Of a stretch of 55,680 nt of DNA, positions 1-7,746 are shown in pieces. The DNA comes from a virus (taxonomy: Duplodnaviria; Caudoviricetes). The notes under the pieces are model-generated. The model was not told where the DNA came from, made no database searches, and was given only the letters and a program-made list of their open reading frames with translations. Location: IMG/VR virus record IMGVR_UViG_3300006483_000020, positions 1-55,680 of that record; one strand, given 5' to 3'. The translations under genes were made by a program, and so were the position numbers. Position 1 is the first letter of the stretch. Every line of letters starts with the position of its first letter.

Positions 1-1
1 A

Positions 2-145
2 AGAGTGCCAACAAGAGACATCAAAACTCCCTCTCTTCGTACCACTGCTGACAGGCTTAAGAAATACGGTTACTCATTCCATGTAACTGAAGCAGGACTT
101 GTGAACGAAACATTAATAACATGTGTAAAATCACCGAAATTATGA
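2..145 (+). CDS. 3' part of a small early protein (Cro-position gene), truncated by the window edge
   Basis: Open frame RVPTRDIKTPSLRTTADRLKKYGYSFHVTEAGLVNETLITCVKSPKL*. Its TGA (143-145) overlaps the ATG at 142. An ATG at 55677 behind the rightward promoter may be its start. Confidence 0.6.
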   Translation, partial: RVPTRDIKTPSLRTTADRLKKYGYSFHVTEAGLVNETLITCVKSPKL

Positions 146-798
146 AAACAAACCAAACACTAACCCGGCCAATGGGAGACTTCTACGTATATCAGCGGAC
201 AAGTGACGGTATGTTCAACGCCACTGAATTAATAAGTCAGTGGAACAAGTATAGTGGACAGCAAAAGCAAATGGTCCACTACACCGATAACAACTCAACA
301 GATGAATTTATTGAAGCCTTGTTATCAGAAGAAAATCTTAAAGAACGGAATTCCGTTCTTATCAAAACGAGAGGAAAACATGGCGGTACCTGGATGCATC
401 CTCTCCTATTCATTGATTTTGCCATGTGGCTAAACCCATCTTTTAAAATCAAGGTACTAAAATTTGTTTACGACCAGTTAATCCAATACAGAATTGAAGC
501 CGGAGACACTTATCGTGAAATGACTACACAGATCGCACGAATTTCTAAAAAATCAGATGTCCCGGTAAATATCGCTTCCATTGCTTCAGCACTAAATCAT
601 ATCGTTTACGGGAGGCACGAAAGAGATCTTCGCAACAAGGAAGCGGAAGAACAAAGCATGAGAGAACTTCTGAAACTTCAAATCAAGGTAACAGAGCTTA
701 TACGGGAAGGCTTCATCAAAACATACGATCAGCTTATCAACTACCTACGCAAATTATGGACCGATAAATACCAACCATTAGAACTGAAAGGAGCCTGA
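142..798 (+). CDS. KilA-N domain DNA-binding protein (antirepressor-like)
   Basis: KilA-N motifs QRTSDGMFNATEL and GGTWMHPLLFIDFAMWLNPSF. Start moved from 121 to 142 because of the ATGA overlap with the upstream ORF. Confidence 0.88.
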   Translation: MKTNQTLTRPMGDFYVYQRTSDGMFNATELISQWNKYSGQQKQMVHYTDNNSTDEFIEALLSEENLKERNSVLIKTRGKHGGTWMHPLLFIDFAMWLNPSFKIKVLKFVYDQLIQYRIEAGDTYREMTTQIARISKKSDVPVNIASIASALNHIVYGRHERDLRNKEAEEQSMRELLKLQIKVTELIREGFIKTYDQLINYLRKLWTDKYQPLELKGA

Positions 799-799
799 A

Positions 800-997
800 A
801 TGAAACAAGGAAAGGTTGAACCAATCAACAAGACATGGTTATCCGCAAGAGAAGTTAAGGCCTATTTGGATTGTTCTGATGAATTCCTTCAAATGTTGAG
901 AAATGATGCAGCTATCAGCTTTAGCAAAATAGGTGGCAAATACTTCTACAACCTCGCAAGCATAGAAAGGCTAATGGTGAAAAACAAAGTAGTATAA
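800..997 (+). CDS. Excisionase-like HTH (HTH_17/MerR-like) protein
   Basis: 65 aa with the pattern WLSAREVKAYLDCS...LRN...ISFSKIGGKYFY; early-operon position. Confidence 0.75.
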   Translation: MKQGKVEPINKTWLSAREVKAYLDCSDEFLQMLRNDAAISFSKIGGKYFYNLASIERLMVKNKVV

Positions 998-1016
998 CCA
1001 ATAAAAATCAAAAGTA

Positions 1017-1181
1017 ATGTACAGGTACAACACAAAAAACAAAATGGGCGGGCAGGAGATCTTCACAGGTACGTTCACAACCCAGGAACAAGCCGAAAGG
1101 TGGTACGCCAAGTATGCACGATTCTTTCTTGAACGAGGCAGAGAGTTAATTTTAGTACAAACCAATAAAGAAGAAAAGTAA
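1017..1181 (+). CDS. Hypothetical protein (54 aa)
   Basis: ATG after an A-rich leader; MYRYNTKNKMGGQEIF...; its TAA overlaps the next ATG. Below the ORF-track cut-off. Confidence 0.6.
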   Translation: MYRYNTKNKMGGQEIFTGTFTTQEQAERWYAKYARFFLERGRELILVQTNKEEK

Positions 1182-1420
1182 TGACAACGAAAAACAGCTA
1201 CGAAACAGTTCATGATACGGTGAACCGGACCATGACACACATCTTCCATCCGAGAATTCAATTGACTATTGATTTTAAAAACTTTGAATTGATCGTTGCA
1301 AAAGATGGAAAGGTGATCGACAGGATGAGCGTAAAGGGTGAATCCTTTTCCATTAGCGAGTACGAAGATATTATAACCACCGCTGAACAGGCAGCGGAGA
1401 CATTAAGGCTTTTCGGATAA
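1181..1420 (+). CDS. Hypothetical protein
   Basis: 79-aa ORF translationally coupled to the upstream ORF. Confidence 0.65.
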   Translation: MTTKNSYETVHDTVNRTMTHIFHPRIQLTIDFKNFELIVAKDGKVIDRMSVKGESFSISEYEDIITTAEQAAETLRLFG

Positions 1421-1467
1421 TTTATTATGATTTAGGAAACCGGTCGTCGTGAGACGGTCGGCAATAC

Positions 1468-1645
1468 GGAGAGGTGGCGGAATTGGTAGACGCATAAAGT
1501 ATGGGAAAGTGTAGTTCCTAATCCTAACTGCCAGCAAGAAATTGCGAATGAAATCTTAGGTAAGCGGAGAACGAAGTCAATTACTCCATAGTTGCAACAC
1601 TTTTGAATAGAAATATTCTTGCAGGTTCGACTCCTGCTCTCTCCA
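1468..1645 (+). ncRNA. tRNA-Leu-like RNA with the anticodon arm replaced by a ~110-nt structured insert
   Basis: Acceptor GGAGAGG/TCTCTCC plus A discriminator; D arm GCG-GAATTGGTAGA-CGC; variable arm GAATA-GAAA-TATTC; T arm GCAGG-TTCGACT-CCTGC; no 7-nt anticodon loop. Confidence 0.75.
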
Positions 1646-1655
1646 CTCAACAACA

Positions 1656-1667
1656 AGATCTTTGACA
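1656..1667 (+). promoter_or_regulatory. Putative boxA antitermination element
   Basis: AGATCTTTGACA resembles rrn/nut boxA (TGCTCTTTAACA-type), lies inside an untranslated RNA cluster and is followed by short hairpins. Confidence 0.45.
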
Positions 1668-1807
1668 TTATTACATACACCTACGGAAAAGGTAGGGAAC
1701 AGCCGGACAGGAACGGCAAAGATAGCACAATCCATTGTAGAAAGCAATGTAATCCTTGGGGTGGCCGGTTAACAAGACCCTGATATGTGCGGAGAAAGAA
1801 TAAATTA

Positions 1808-1918
1808 GGATGGGTGGCGGAATAGAGAACGCAAAAAACAGAGGTAAAATGTCAATCCTCTTTAAAAAATTGAGCAGGATATAGTCCTAATTGCAGGTAT
1901 CGAATCCTGCCCCATCCT
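1808..1918 (+). ncRNA. Second tRNA-like RNA with an aberrant (pseudoknot-like) anticodon domain
   Basis: Acceptor GGATGGG/CCCATCC; D arm GCG-GAATAGAGAA-CGC; variable hairpin AGGA-TATAG-TCCT; T arm GCAGG-TATCGAAT-CCTGC with an 8-nt loop. Confidence 0.65.
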
Positions 1919-2094
1919 CTCTATAAGCGCAACCGAAAAAATTGTTGGGAGTGATTCGAGGTTTTTGGCTGCTTTTTTAAGCCATTTACTGGACGTTAAA
2001 AAACTCCATTGCGCATTCAATTATCGAAAGCAGATAGTTGTTTTCCCAGGCGATTATTAATTAAAACGGATTATTTATTAAAAAATAGCCTGGA

Positions 2095-2470
2095 CGGTTT
2101 ACGATTGGACCGCAATCAATCGACAGGCAGGACCAACAGTATAAACAAATAAATCAATTCAAACCTGTCTGCCCGGTCAACTATTTGCGTATTGGTCGGG
2201 AACGATGCTTGACGATGCTATTTAAAAATTATGTAAGACAGCGGTTCGATCCCGCTCAGCTCCACGGAAACCTTGCCAGTTTCTGGGTAGTTAGACAATA
2301 CGATTTTCGTTGATGTAAACCTACCCATAGCACGGGGCTGATTGGTTTTGATTGCATAAAAGTATGATTAGCGGAGAGCCTCAAAGCCATAAACGGCAAA
2401 ACTATCTCAATGGTTCCCCAGTCGCTTAGAGCGGTTGCGTGAACGAGCAAGCAGGGAGCTAAATCCCTGC
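2095..2470 (+). ncRNA. ssrA: Circularly permuted (two-piece) tmRNA: acceptor piece ends at 2264, intervening segment 2265-2333, coding piece starts at 2334; outer ends approximate
   Basis: The 3' module GAC-AGCGG-TTCGATC-CCGCT-CAGCTCC-A (2237-2264) precedes the 5' module GGGGCTG-ATTGGTTTTGA (from 2334). The two form a 7-bp acceptor stem with G3.U70 and A73, plus helix TTGCATAA (2352-2359)/TTATGTAA (2229-2236). Tag frame 2395-2442 follows ATAAAC and reads GKTISMVPQSLRAVA*. Confidence 0.85.
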
Positions 2471-2474
2471 ACAC

Positions 2475-2546
2475 GCCTCTTTAGCATAACGGTTAGTGCA
2501 TCTGTTTTGTAATCAGATAGCGGCGGTTCGACTCCGTCAAGAGGCT
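2475..2546 (+). tRNA. tRNA-Thr(UGU), CCA not encoded
   Basis: Cloverleaf: acceptor GCCTCTT/AAGAGGC; anticodon arm TCTGT-TTTGTAA-TCAGA with one T.T mismatch; T arm GGCGG-TTCGACT-CCGTC. Confidence 0.9.
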
Positions 2547-2558
2547 CAAATTAAACAA

Positions 2559-2930
2559 ATGAATAATATGACTACAACAGGGATGATCGCTGATGCAATT
2601 TTAGCAATCAGAGACAACGCTTACTACTGTGGAGATTACAAACTTGTTGATTGTAACTACCGGATGGATATAACGGTAGACCATGACTTGAACGTGATAT
2701 TCAACCGTATCGAAAAGCGAAGATCAGTAAACGATTACAGGACGGTAAGCTTTATACCGGACGGATTCAACATGGAGGAACTTATCAGCTTCATCAAAAA
2801 ATACTCCATTATAAAAAAGGAGGAGATCGAGAGTGCTGAAGAACTGGATCGAATGATAGAGGAAGAGATTAAAAGCATTGAATACAATTTGAAGCAAATT
2901 AACTGGTCCGGCACAATGGCGGGATATTGA
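2559..2930 (+). CDS. Hypothetical protein
   Basis: ORF-track 2496..2930; start moved to the first ATG after the tRNA. Confidence 0.65.
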   Translation: MNNMTTTGMIADAILAIRDNAYYCGDYKLVDCNYRMDITVDHDLNVIFNRIEKRRSVNDYRTVSFIPDGFNMEELISFIKKYSIIKKEEIESAEELDRMIEEEIKSIEYNLKQINWSGTMAGY

Positions 2931-2953
2931 TAAACAAATAAATTATTCACATC

Positions 2954-3787
2954 ATGGAAATAAAAAATTCACCTTCAAATCAATTAAAATCCATGCTAAA
3001 TGGAGAAAACGTAAAGGCGAGATTTAATGAACTATTAGGGAAAAAGGCTCCCGGATTTATAAGCTCCCTTCTTTCAGTAGTTAACAATAATGAACTATTA
3101 AGGAAGGCAGAACCTCAATCGGTATTGAATTCTGCTGTCATTGCTGCCACTCTTGACTTGCCAATCAATCCAAACCTTGGGATGGCTGCAATCGTCCCAT
3201 ACAACGACAGGGGATCAAACAAATGCGTTGCGCAATTTCAGATAATGTACAAGGGGTTGGTTGAATTGTGCCAACGGAGCGGACAATTCGCTTCTCTCAT
3301 TGACGAAGTTGTGTACGAAGGACAGCTTATAAAGAAAAATAAGTTTACCGGAGAGTATGTATTTGAAGAAGATGCAAAAACCTCAAACAAGGTTATCGGA
3401 TACATGGCCTATTTCAAATTGATTAATGGGTTTGAGAAAACATCATACATGACAATTGATGAAATATCCCTACATGCAAAAAAATATTCCCAGGCATACA
3501 AAAAAGGATTTGGTGTGTGGAGGGATGATTTTGATTCGATGGCCCGGAAAACGGTCCTCAAGTTATTGCTTGGGAAATATGCTCCAAAATCGATTGAGAC
3601 AACGAAAGCAATCATGTTTGACCAGGCTTCCATTAACGGAAACATGATTGAAGAACACAGTGTCGTTGATGCGGAAATACAGTACGTGGATAACGAGGAA
3701 GATCCGGAACCGACTATTGAAGAAAAGAAGGAATTATTAAAAGAGAGAAAGAAATCCGATAATCCGATACAACCTACTTTATTATGA
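2954..3787 (+). CDS. recT: RecT-family single-strand annealing recombinase
   Basis: RecT motifs AATLDLPINPNLGMAAIVPY, AQFQIMYKGLVELCQRSGQ and WRDDFDSMARKTVLK. Confidence 0.92.
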   Translation: MEIKNSPSNQLKSMLNGENVKARFNELLGKKAPGFISSLLSVVNNNELLRKAEPQSVLNSAVIAATLDLPINPNLGMAAIVPYNDRGSNKCVAQFQIMYKGLVELCQRSGQFASLIDEVVYEGQLIKKNKFTGEYVFEEDAKTSNKVIGYMAYFKLINGFEKTSYMTIDEISLHAKKYSQAYKKGFGVWRDDFDSMARKTVLKLLLGKYAPKSIETTKAIMFDQASINGNMIEEHSVVDAEIQYVDNEEDPEPTIEEKKELLKERKKSDNPIQPTLL

Positions 3788-6687
3788 GTATATACAGAAA
3801 TTACTCTCCCGATCAGGTAGAAGATCTATTGTCTAACTACCTGATCGATTCCTGGTCGTACTCACGTGTATCAACCTTTGCACGTCAGGAGAAGGAGTTT
3901 GAAATGCGATACCTGTACAACGTGTATTCCAAATCATCGGCCACGTCAGTAGCAGGACAAGCATACCATAAGGCCCTTGAGCTTTATTTTGGCAAGATGG
4001 CAACCGGTGAAGCATGTGACATAATTGATATGCAGTTAATGGCAACAGATCATATAAACAGCCAACCTGCTGATTCATGGAAGATACAGAAAACAAGACC
4101 AACGGTACAAAGCTGCATTGATGCTGCGATTGAATCTTCGTATAAAGGGATTGAGAATTTTCTCAAACAAATTGAGATCTATACCGATGAAATTGAAAAA
4201 ATATTAGGTGTAGAGCTTTCCCTAACCGAATGGCTCACAGTTAACGGTGTAGATATCCCACTACCCTGCAATATGAAGATTGACCTTGTTGTCCTCACAA
4301 AAGATGGCAAGAGGGCTATTGTCGATCACAAGCTCCGGGGTGCCTTCACTCCGGAAGAAGAAATAAACTTCACTATTGGAAAACAGGCTATAACATACGC
4401 ACTTGGTTATGAAGCCCACTTTGACGAACCTATTGATGAAGTTTGGTTTGTTGAAAATAAAATATCCAAAAACAAGGATGGATCTCCACAGCTTGTTAAA
4501 AACAAAGTGATACTTGACAATGGAACGAGAAGGTTATATGAAGCAATGCTTTATGAACCGCTAAAACGGATGATTGAAGCAGTGTCTGATCCTGACCATG
4601 TGTATATTATCAATGATAACGACAGCTTCACCAGTAAGGCGGAACTGTATGAGTTTTGGGCTAATACCATGATCCAGGAGATCGAAGCATTCAACATCAG
4701 CGAGAAGAAAAAGCCATTGATGGAGAAGCGCAGACGAAAGATCAGGGATTCATCCCTCACTACCATAACACCTAACGTGGTTAGAAACTTTAAAAAATAC
4801 ACAGAACAATTTATCCCATACGATTTTACCAACAAAGACATGACAACTCAAGAGAAAATAGAACACGTATTACGGTCCTTCGGAATAGTTGCACAGGTGC
4901 AGCACACATTCGAAGGGTTTTCATCAAACACATACCTCCTTGAAATTGGAGCAGGTGTAGCAGTAACATCAATTATGCGATACCGGCTGGATATAGCCAA
5001 CGCACTCAATCAGCCTAACGTAAGGATTGGGAAGGAATTGACAGTGTATAACGGCAGATCCTATCTCTCCATTGAATCCGGGAAGAAAGCTACTGCTACC
5101 CTCATGTATGATTCTACTAAGCTTGTAGGCAAGAAGATTCCGTTAGGGATTGACAACCTTCAACAGACGATCTTTTGGGACCTGGACAATCAGTCTACCC
5201 CTCATATGCTTGTTTGCGGGGCCACCGGATGCTTATCGGCAGATACAAACATTTCCGTGCATATTCCACACTATAAAAGGAAAAACAAGATTAAAACCAT
5301 TGAAACCCTGTATAAAATACAAAACGGAAAACCAAGTGGGCAAACATGGCTTGTAAATAAGGATAAAAAGGAAATGCTTGTAAGATGCTTAGATGAATCT
5401 ACAGGTACTTTTACTTACACCCCTTTTGAGGTGGTTTATTCAGGCAAGAAACAATGTTTCTATATGACTACCGAAAATGGGAAGTCAATAGAATGCACCG
5501 CCGACCATCGTTTTTTAACCGAAGATGGGTGGCGCAAACTATCAGAACTAAAAAAAGGAGATTCTATTATGTACCGACCCTCCGTTAGAGAATATAACGG
5601 GAAGCAAAAACAGATTGCGCTGAAAGATGTTTTTGTAAAATTTCATCCAAGAAACAGAGTAAAAACCGTTGCTGACTCAGGAAAGCCTTATAAATATTTT
5701 CGAGTCCCATATCATCATTTTATATACGAAGCCAACCAGAACGGATTAACATTTGATGAATATAAAAACATACTTAATGATTACGATGGCAGAGATTTAT
5801 TTTTCGTACCTAAAGGCTATCAAATAGATCATATTGATGGGGATAGAAATAACAATGATCCATCAAACCTTCAAATGTTATCCATCAGCGATCATGCTAT
5901 AAAAACAGTAGGGACAGCAAATGGTGTTTTTGGGTATTTCCGTCCTGAAAAATGTAAAATCACGAGCATCATTCCAACTGAAATCAAAGACACATATGAC
6001 ATTTGCTGCATAGGTAATAATCACAATTTTATTGCCAACGGACTTATAGTTCACAATTCCGGAAAATCAGTCTGCATTAAGTCAACAATAAAATATGCGC
6101 TACAATCGGGAATAAACGATATCTACATCTTTGATCCAAAGTACGAATTCACTTCTTATGCCGGCAATGGTATCACAGTGGTTAACGATATATCCGATAT
6201 TGAAACACAGATGGGGCTGCTTGTGCTTGAAATGGAGGAAAGGGTAAGGTACGGATCATCACAAAAAACGTTAGTGATATTCGATGAATTCGCTGATGCA
6301 GTCGCCAACTCACGCAAAGGCAGTAGTCTAAACAACTACTCGATGGAAGTAATTGGATATTACAAAAACGGCAAGGAAAAGACAAAAAGAATCGTTACAA
6401 GCGTGGACAAATCACTGGAAGAAAACATGAGGGTCCTTCTTCAGAAGGGCAGATCATCCGGCTTCAGGATCCTGGCTGCTACGCAGAGAGCATCGGTAAA
6501 AGTAATTACAGGTGATGCAAAAGTAAACTTTCCGGTCCAGGTATGTTTCAGGGTGCCAAAGGATATTGACAGCATAGTTGTGATTGACGAGCCGGGGGCT
6601 GAATCATTAAACGGACGTGGTGATGGACTTATAAAATCACCTGAATACGGACAGGTGGTGAGATTCCAAGGGTTTTATACTGAATAG
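3784..6687 (+). CDS. PD-(D/E)XK exonuclease fused to an FtsK/SpoIIIE-type ATPase, intein-containing
   Basis: N-terminus SWSYSRVSTF...GQAYHKALE...KIDLV...IVDHK. C-terminus PHMLVCGATG|SGKS, IFDPK, VIFDEFAD, LAATQRAS and GAESLNGRGDGL. Confidence 0.85.
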   Translation: MSIYRNYSPDQVEDLLSNYLIDSWSYSRVSTFARQEKEFEMRYLYNVYSKSSATSVAGQAYHKALELYFGKMATGEACDIIDMQLMATDHINSQPADSWKIQKTRPTVQSCIDAAIESSYKGIENFLKQIEIYTDEIEKILGVELSLTEWLTVNGVDIPLPCNMKIDLVVLTKDGKRAIVDHKLRGAFTPEEEINFTIGKQAITYALGYEAHFDEPIDEVWFVENKISKNKDGSPQLVKNKVILDNGTRRLYEAMLYEPLKRMIEAVSDPDHVYIINDNDSFTSKAELYEFWANTMIQEIEAFNISEKKKPLMEKRRRKIRDSSLTTITPNVVRNFKKYTEQFIPYDFTNKDMTTQEKIEHVLRSFGIVAQVQHTFEGFSSNTYLLEIGAGVAVTSIMRYRLDIANALNQPNVRIGKELTVYNGRSYLSIESGKKATATLMYDSTKLVGKKIPLGIDNLQQTIFWDLDNQSTPHMLVCGATGCLSADTNISVHIPHYKRKNKIKTIETLYKIQNGKPSGQTWLVNKDKKEMLVRCLDESTGTFTYTPFEVVYSGKKQCFYMTTENGKSIECTADHRFLTEDGWRKLSELKKGDSIMYRPSVREYNGKQKQIALKDVFVKFHPRNRVKTVADSGKPYKYFRVPYHHFIYEANQNGLTFDEYKNILNDYDGRDLFFVPKGYQIDHIDGDRNNNDPSNLQMLSISDHAIKTVGTANGVFGYFRPEKCKITSIIPTEIKDTYDICCIGNNHNFIANGLIVHNSGKSVCIKSTIKYALQSGINDIYIFDPKYEFTSYAGNGITVVNDISDIETQMGLLVLEMEERVRYGSSQKTLVIFDEFADAVANSRKGSSLNNYSMEVIGYYKNGKEKTKRIVTSVDKSLEENMRVLLQKGRSSGFRILAATQRASVKVITGDAKVNFPVQVCFRVPKDIDSIVVIDEPGAESLNGRGDGLIKSPEYGQVVRFQGFYTE
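5230..6057 (+). mobile_element. Intein (276 aa) with HNH homing endonuclease, inserted in the Walker A motif
   Basis: Starts CLSADT; block B IECTADHRFLT; HNH core IDHIDGDRNNNDPSNL; ends HNFIANGLIVHN followed by Ser. Removal restores GATGSGKS. Confidence 0.93.
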
Positions 6688-6689
6688 AT

Positions 6690-6830
6690 ATGGCAACCAA
6701 AGAAGAAGCCTTCGCAAACAAAATAATAAGAGACATGCGAGAATCCGGATTAAGTTATGGGCAGATGCTCCAGGTAATCCGGTTGGCTAAAGAAAAATTT
6801 GACAGACTAAAAAAAGTAAACAGAAAATGA
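6690..6830 (+). CDS. Hypothetical protein (46 aa)
   Basis: MATKEEAFANKIIRDMRESGLSYGQMLQVIRLAKEKF...; fills the operon gap; ATGA overlap with the next ORF. Confidence 0.55.
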   Translation: MATKEEAFANKIIRDMRESGLSYGQMLQVIRLAKEKFDRLKKVNRK

Positions 6831-6964
6831 AAAATCAATGGCAAGCACGTTGGCACGACCAACGAATCGAGGCGATCAAACTTTCAGAACAAGGAAAGAA
6901 ATATTTGCAAACAATGAAAATAAAAAGAATCGACAGTAAAACAGAAATATTAATCAAGCCATGA
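6827..6964 (+). CDS. Hypothetical protein (45 aa)
   Basis: MKNQWQARWHDQRIEAIKLSEQG...; ATGA overlaps on both sides. Confidence 0.55.
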   Translation: MKNQWQARWHDQRIEAIKLSEQGKKYLQTMKIKRIDSKTEILIKP

Positions 6965-7170
6965 ATGTACTTGAAGCAATTGAATATTTGATCAACGAAC
7001 GAAAGGAACAGCGAAGGATACCACATTGCGCAGAATATCAGGAAGTGAAAAGGCTTGCAAATGTTTCTGACAGCGAACTTGACGAGGAAATTGAAAGGCT
7101 GAAAAAAGAGGGAAAGATCTCCTTAAAAATAAGACCAACGATAAACTCAACCACTTTTTATCTGGAATGA
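6961..7170 (+). CDS. Small winged-helix-like protein
   Basis: ELDEEIERLKKEGKISLKIRPTINSTTFY helix-plus-wing pattern. Confidence 0.55.
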   Translation: MNVLEAIEYLINERKEQRRIPHCAEYQEVKRLANVSDSELDEEIERLKKEGKISLKIRPTINSTTFYLE

Positions 7171-7232
7171 GTTTTCCAATTCGGACAACATTTTATAAAA
7201 TATAAATTTAAAAGTTGACAAAAAAGAAAATT

Positions 7233-7736
7233 ATGAAACAATGCGAAACGTGCGGAAGTAGTGATTTTATGGTCCGTGGAAAGAGCGTTTGCCTTAAATG
7301 CTTCACCGGGAAAAAGACAGGGAAAATTAATATCGGAATCGATTGCGGAGTTAAAACCGGGCTATCGGTGTGGAATTCTGAAAGCCAATTATTCGAAGAA
7401 ATATCAACATTGAAGATCCACCAGGCCATTGATACCGTATTGGAATATCATCGCCTTTATGGGAAAGACCTGTTTGTCCGTTTTGAAGATGCAAGAAAAC
7501 GCCAGTGGTTCGGTTCTACAGGCAAAGAAAAATTACAGGGTGCCGGATCGGTAAAGAGGGATTCCAAAATATGGGAAGATCTCCTAAAGGACAATAAAAT
7601 CAATTATGAAGCAGTTGCCCCAAAAAACAACGCTACAAAGCTAACGGATGAACAGTTCTACAATATAACGAAATACACAGGAAGAACTTCTGTTCATGGC
7701 CGGGATGCAGCCATGCTTGTTTTCGGGATTAAATAA
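7233..7736 (+). CDS. RuvC-like (RNase H fold) Holliday junction resolvase with a short N-terminal Cys4 motif
   Basis: IGIDCGVKTGLSVW, VRFED and HGRDAAML catalytic-type motifs; CETC...CLKC at the N-terminus. Confidence 0.7.
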   Translation: MKQCETCGSSDFMVRGKSVCLKCFTGKKTGKINIGIDCGVKTGLSVWNSESQLFEEISTLKIHQAIDTVLEYHRLYGKDLFVRFEDARKRQWFGSTGKEKLQGAGSVKRDSKIWEDLLKDNKINYEAVAPKNNATKLTDEQFYNITKYTGRTSVHGRDAAMLVFGIK

Positions 7737-7746
7737 ATAATTAATT

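Noticed and set aside
1495-1604. Group I intron in a tRNA-Leu anticodon loop
   Set aside because: About 110 nt is too short, no P7 core is recognisable, and no normal anticodon stem is restored by removal.
1725-1800. Hammerhead or twister ribozyme
   Set aside because: CTGATA and GGTTAACAAG resemble core fragments, but the CUGANGA/GAAA junction and twister pseudoknot partners are missing.
1840-1874. preQ1-I riboswitch (AGAGG/CCTCT stem plus A-rich tail)
   Set aside because: The loop lacks the conserved preQ1-binding residues, and the element sits inside a tRNA-like scaffold rather than a leader.
2237-2350. tmRNA ends interpreted as att-site remnants of integration into ssrA
   Set aside because: Both ends, the P2a helix and a tag frame are present and mutually complementary. 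The integrase-adjacent att core is a tRNA(CAT) fragment elsewhere.
1432-2558. ORFs 1432-1680(-), 2256-2474(-) and the 2496 start extension
   Set aside because: They overlap structured RNA genes, have no plausible leader and have non-protein-like composition.
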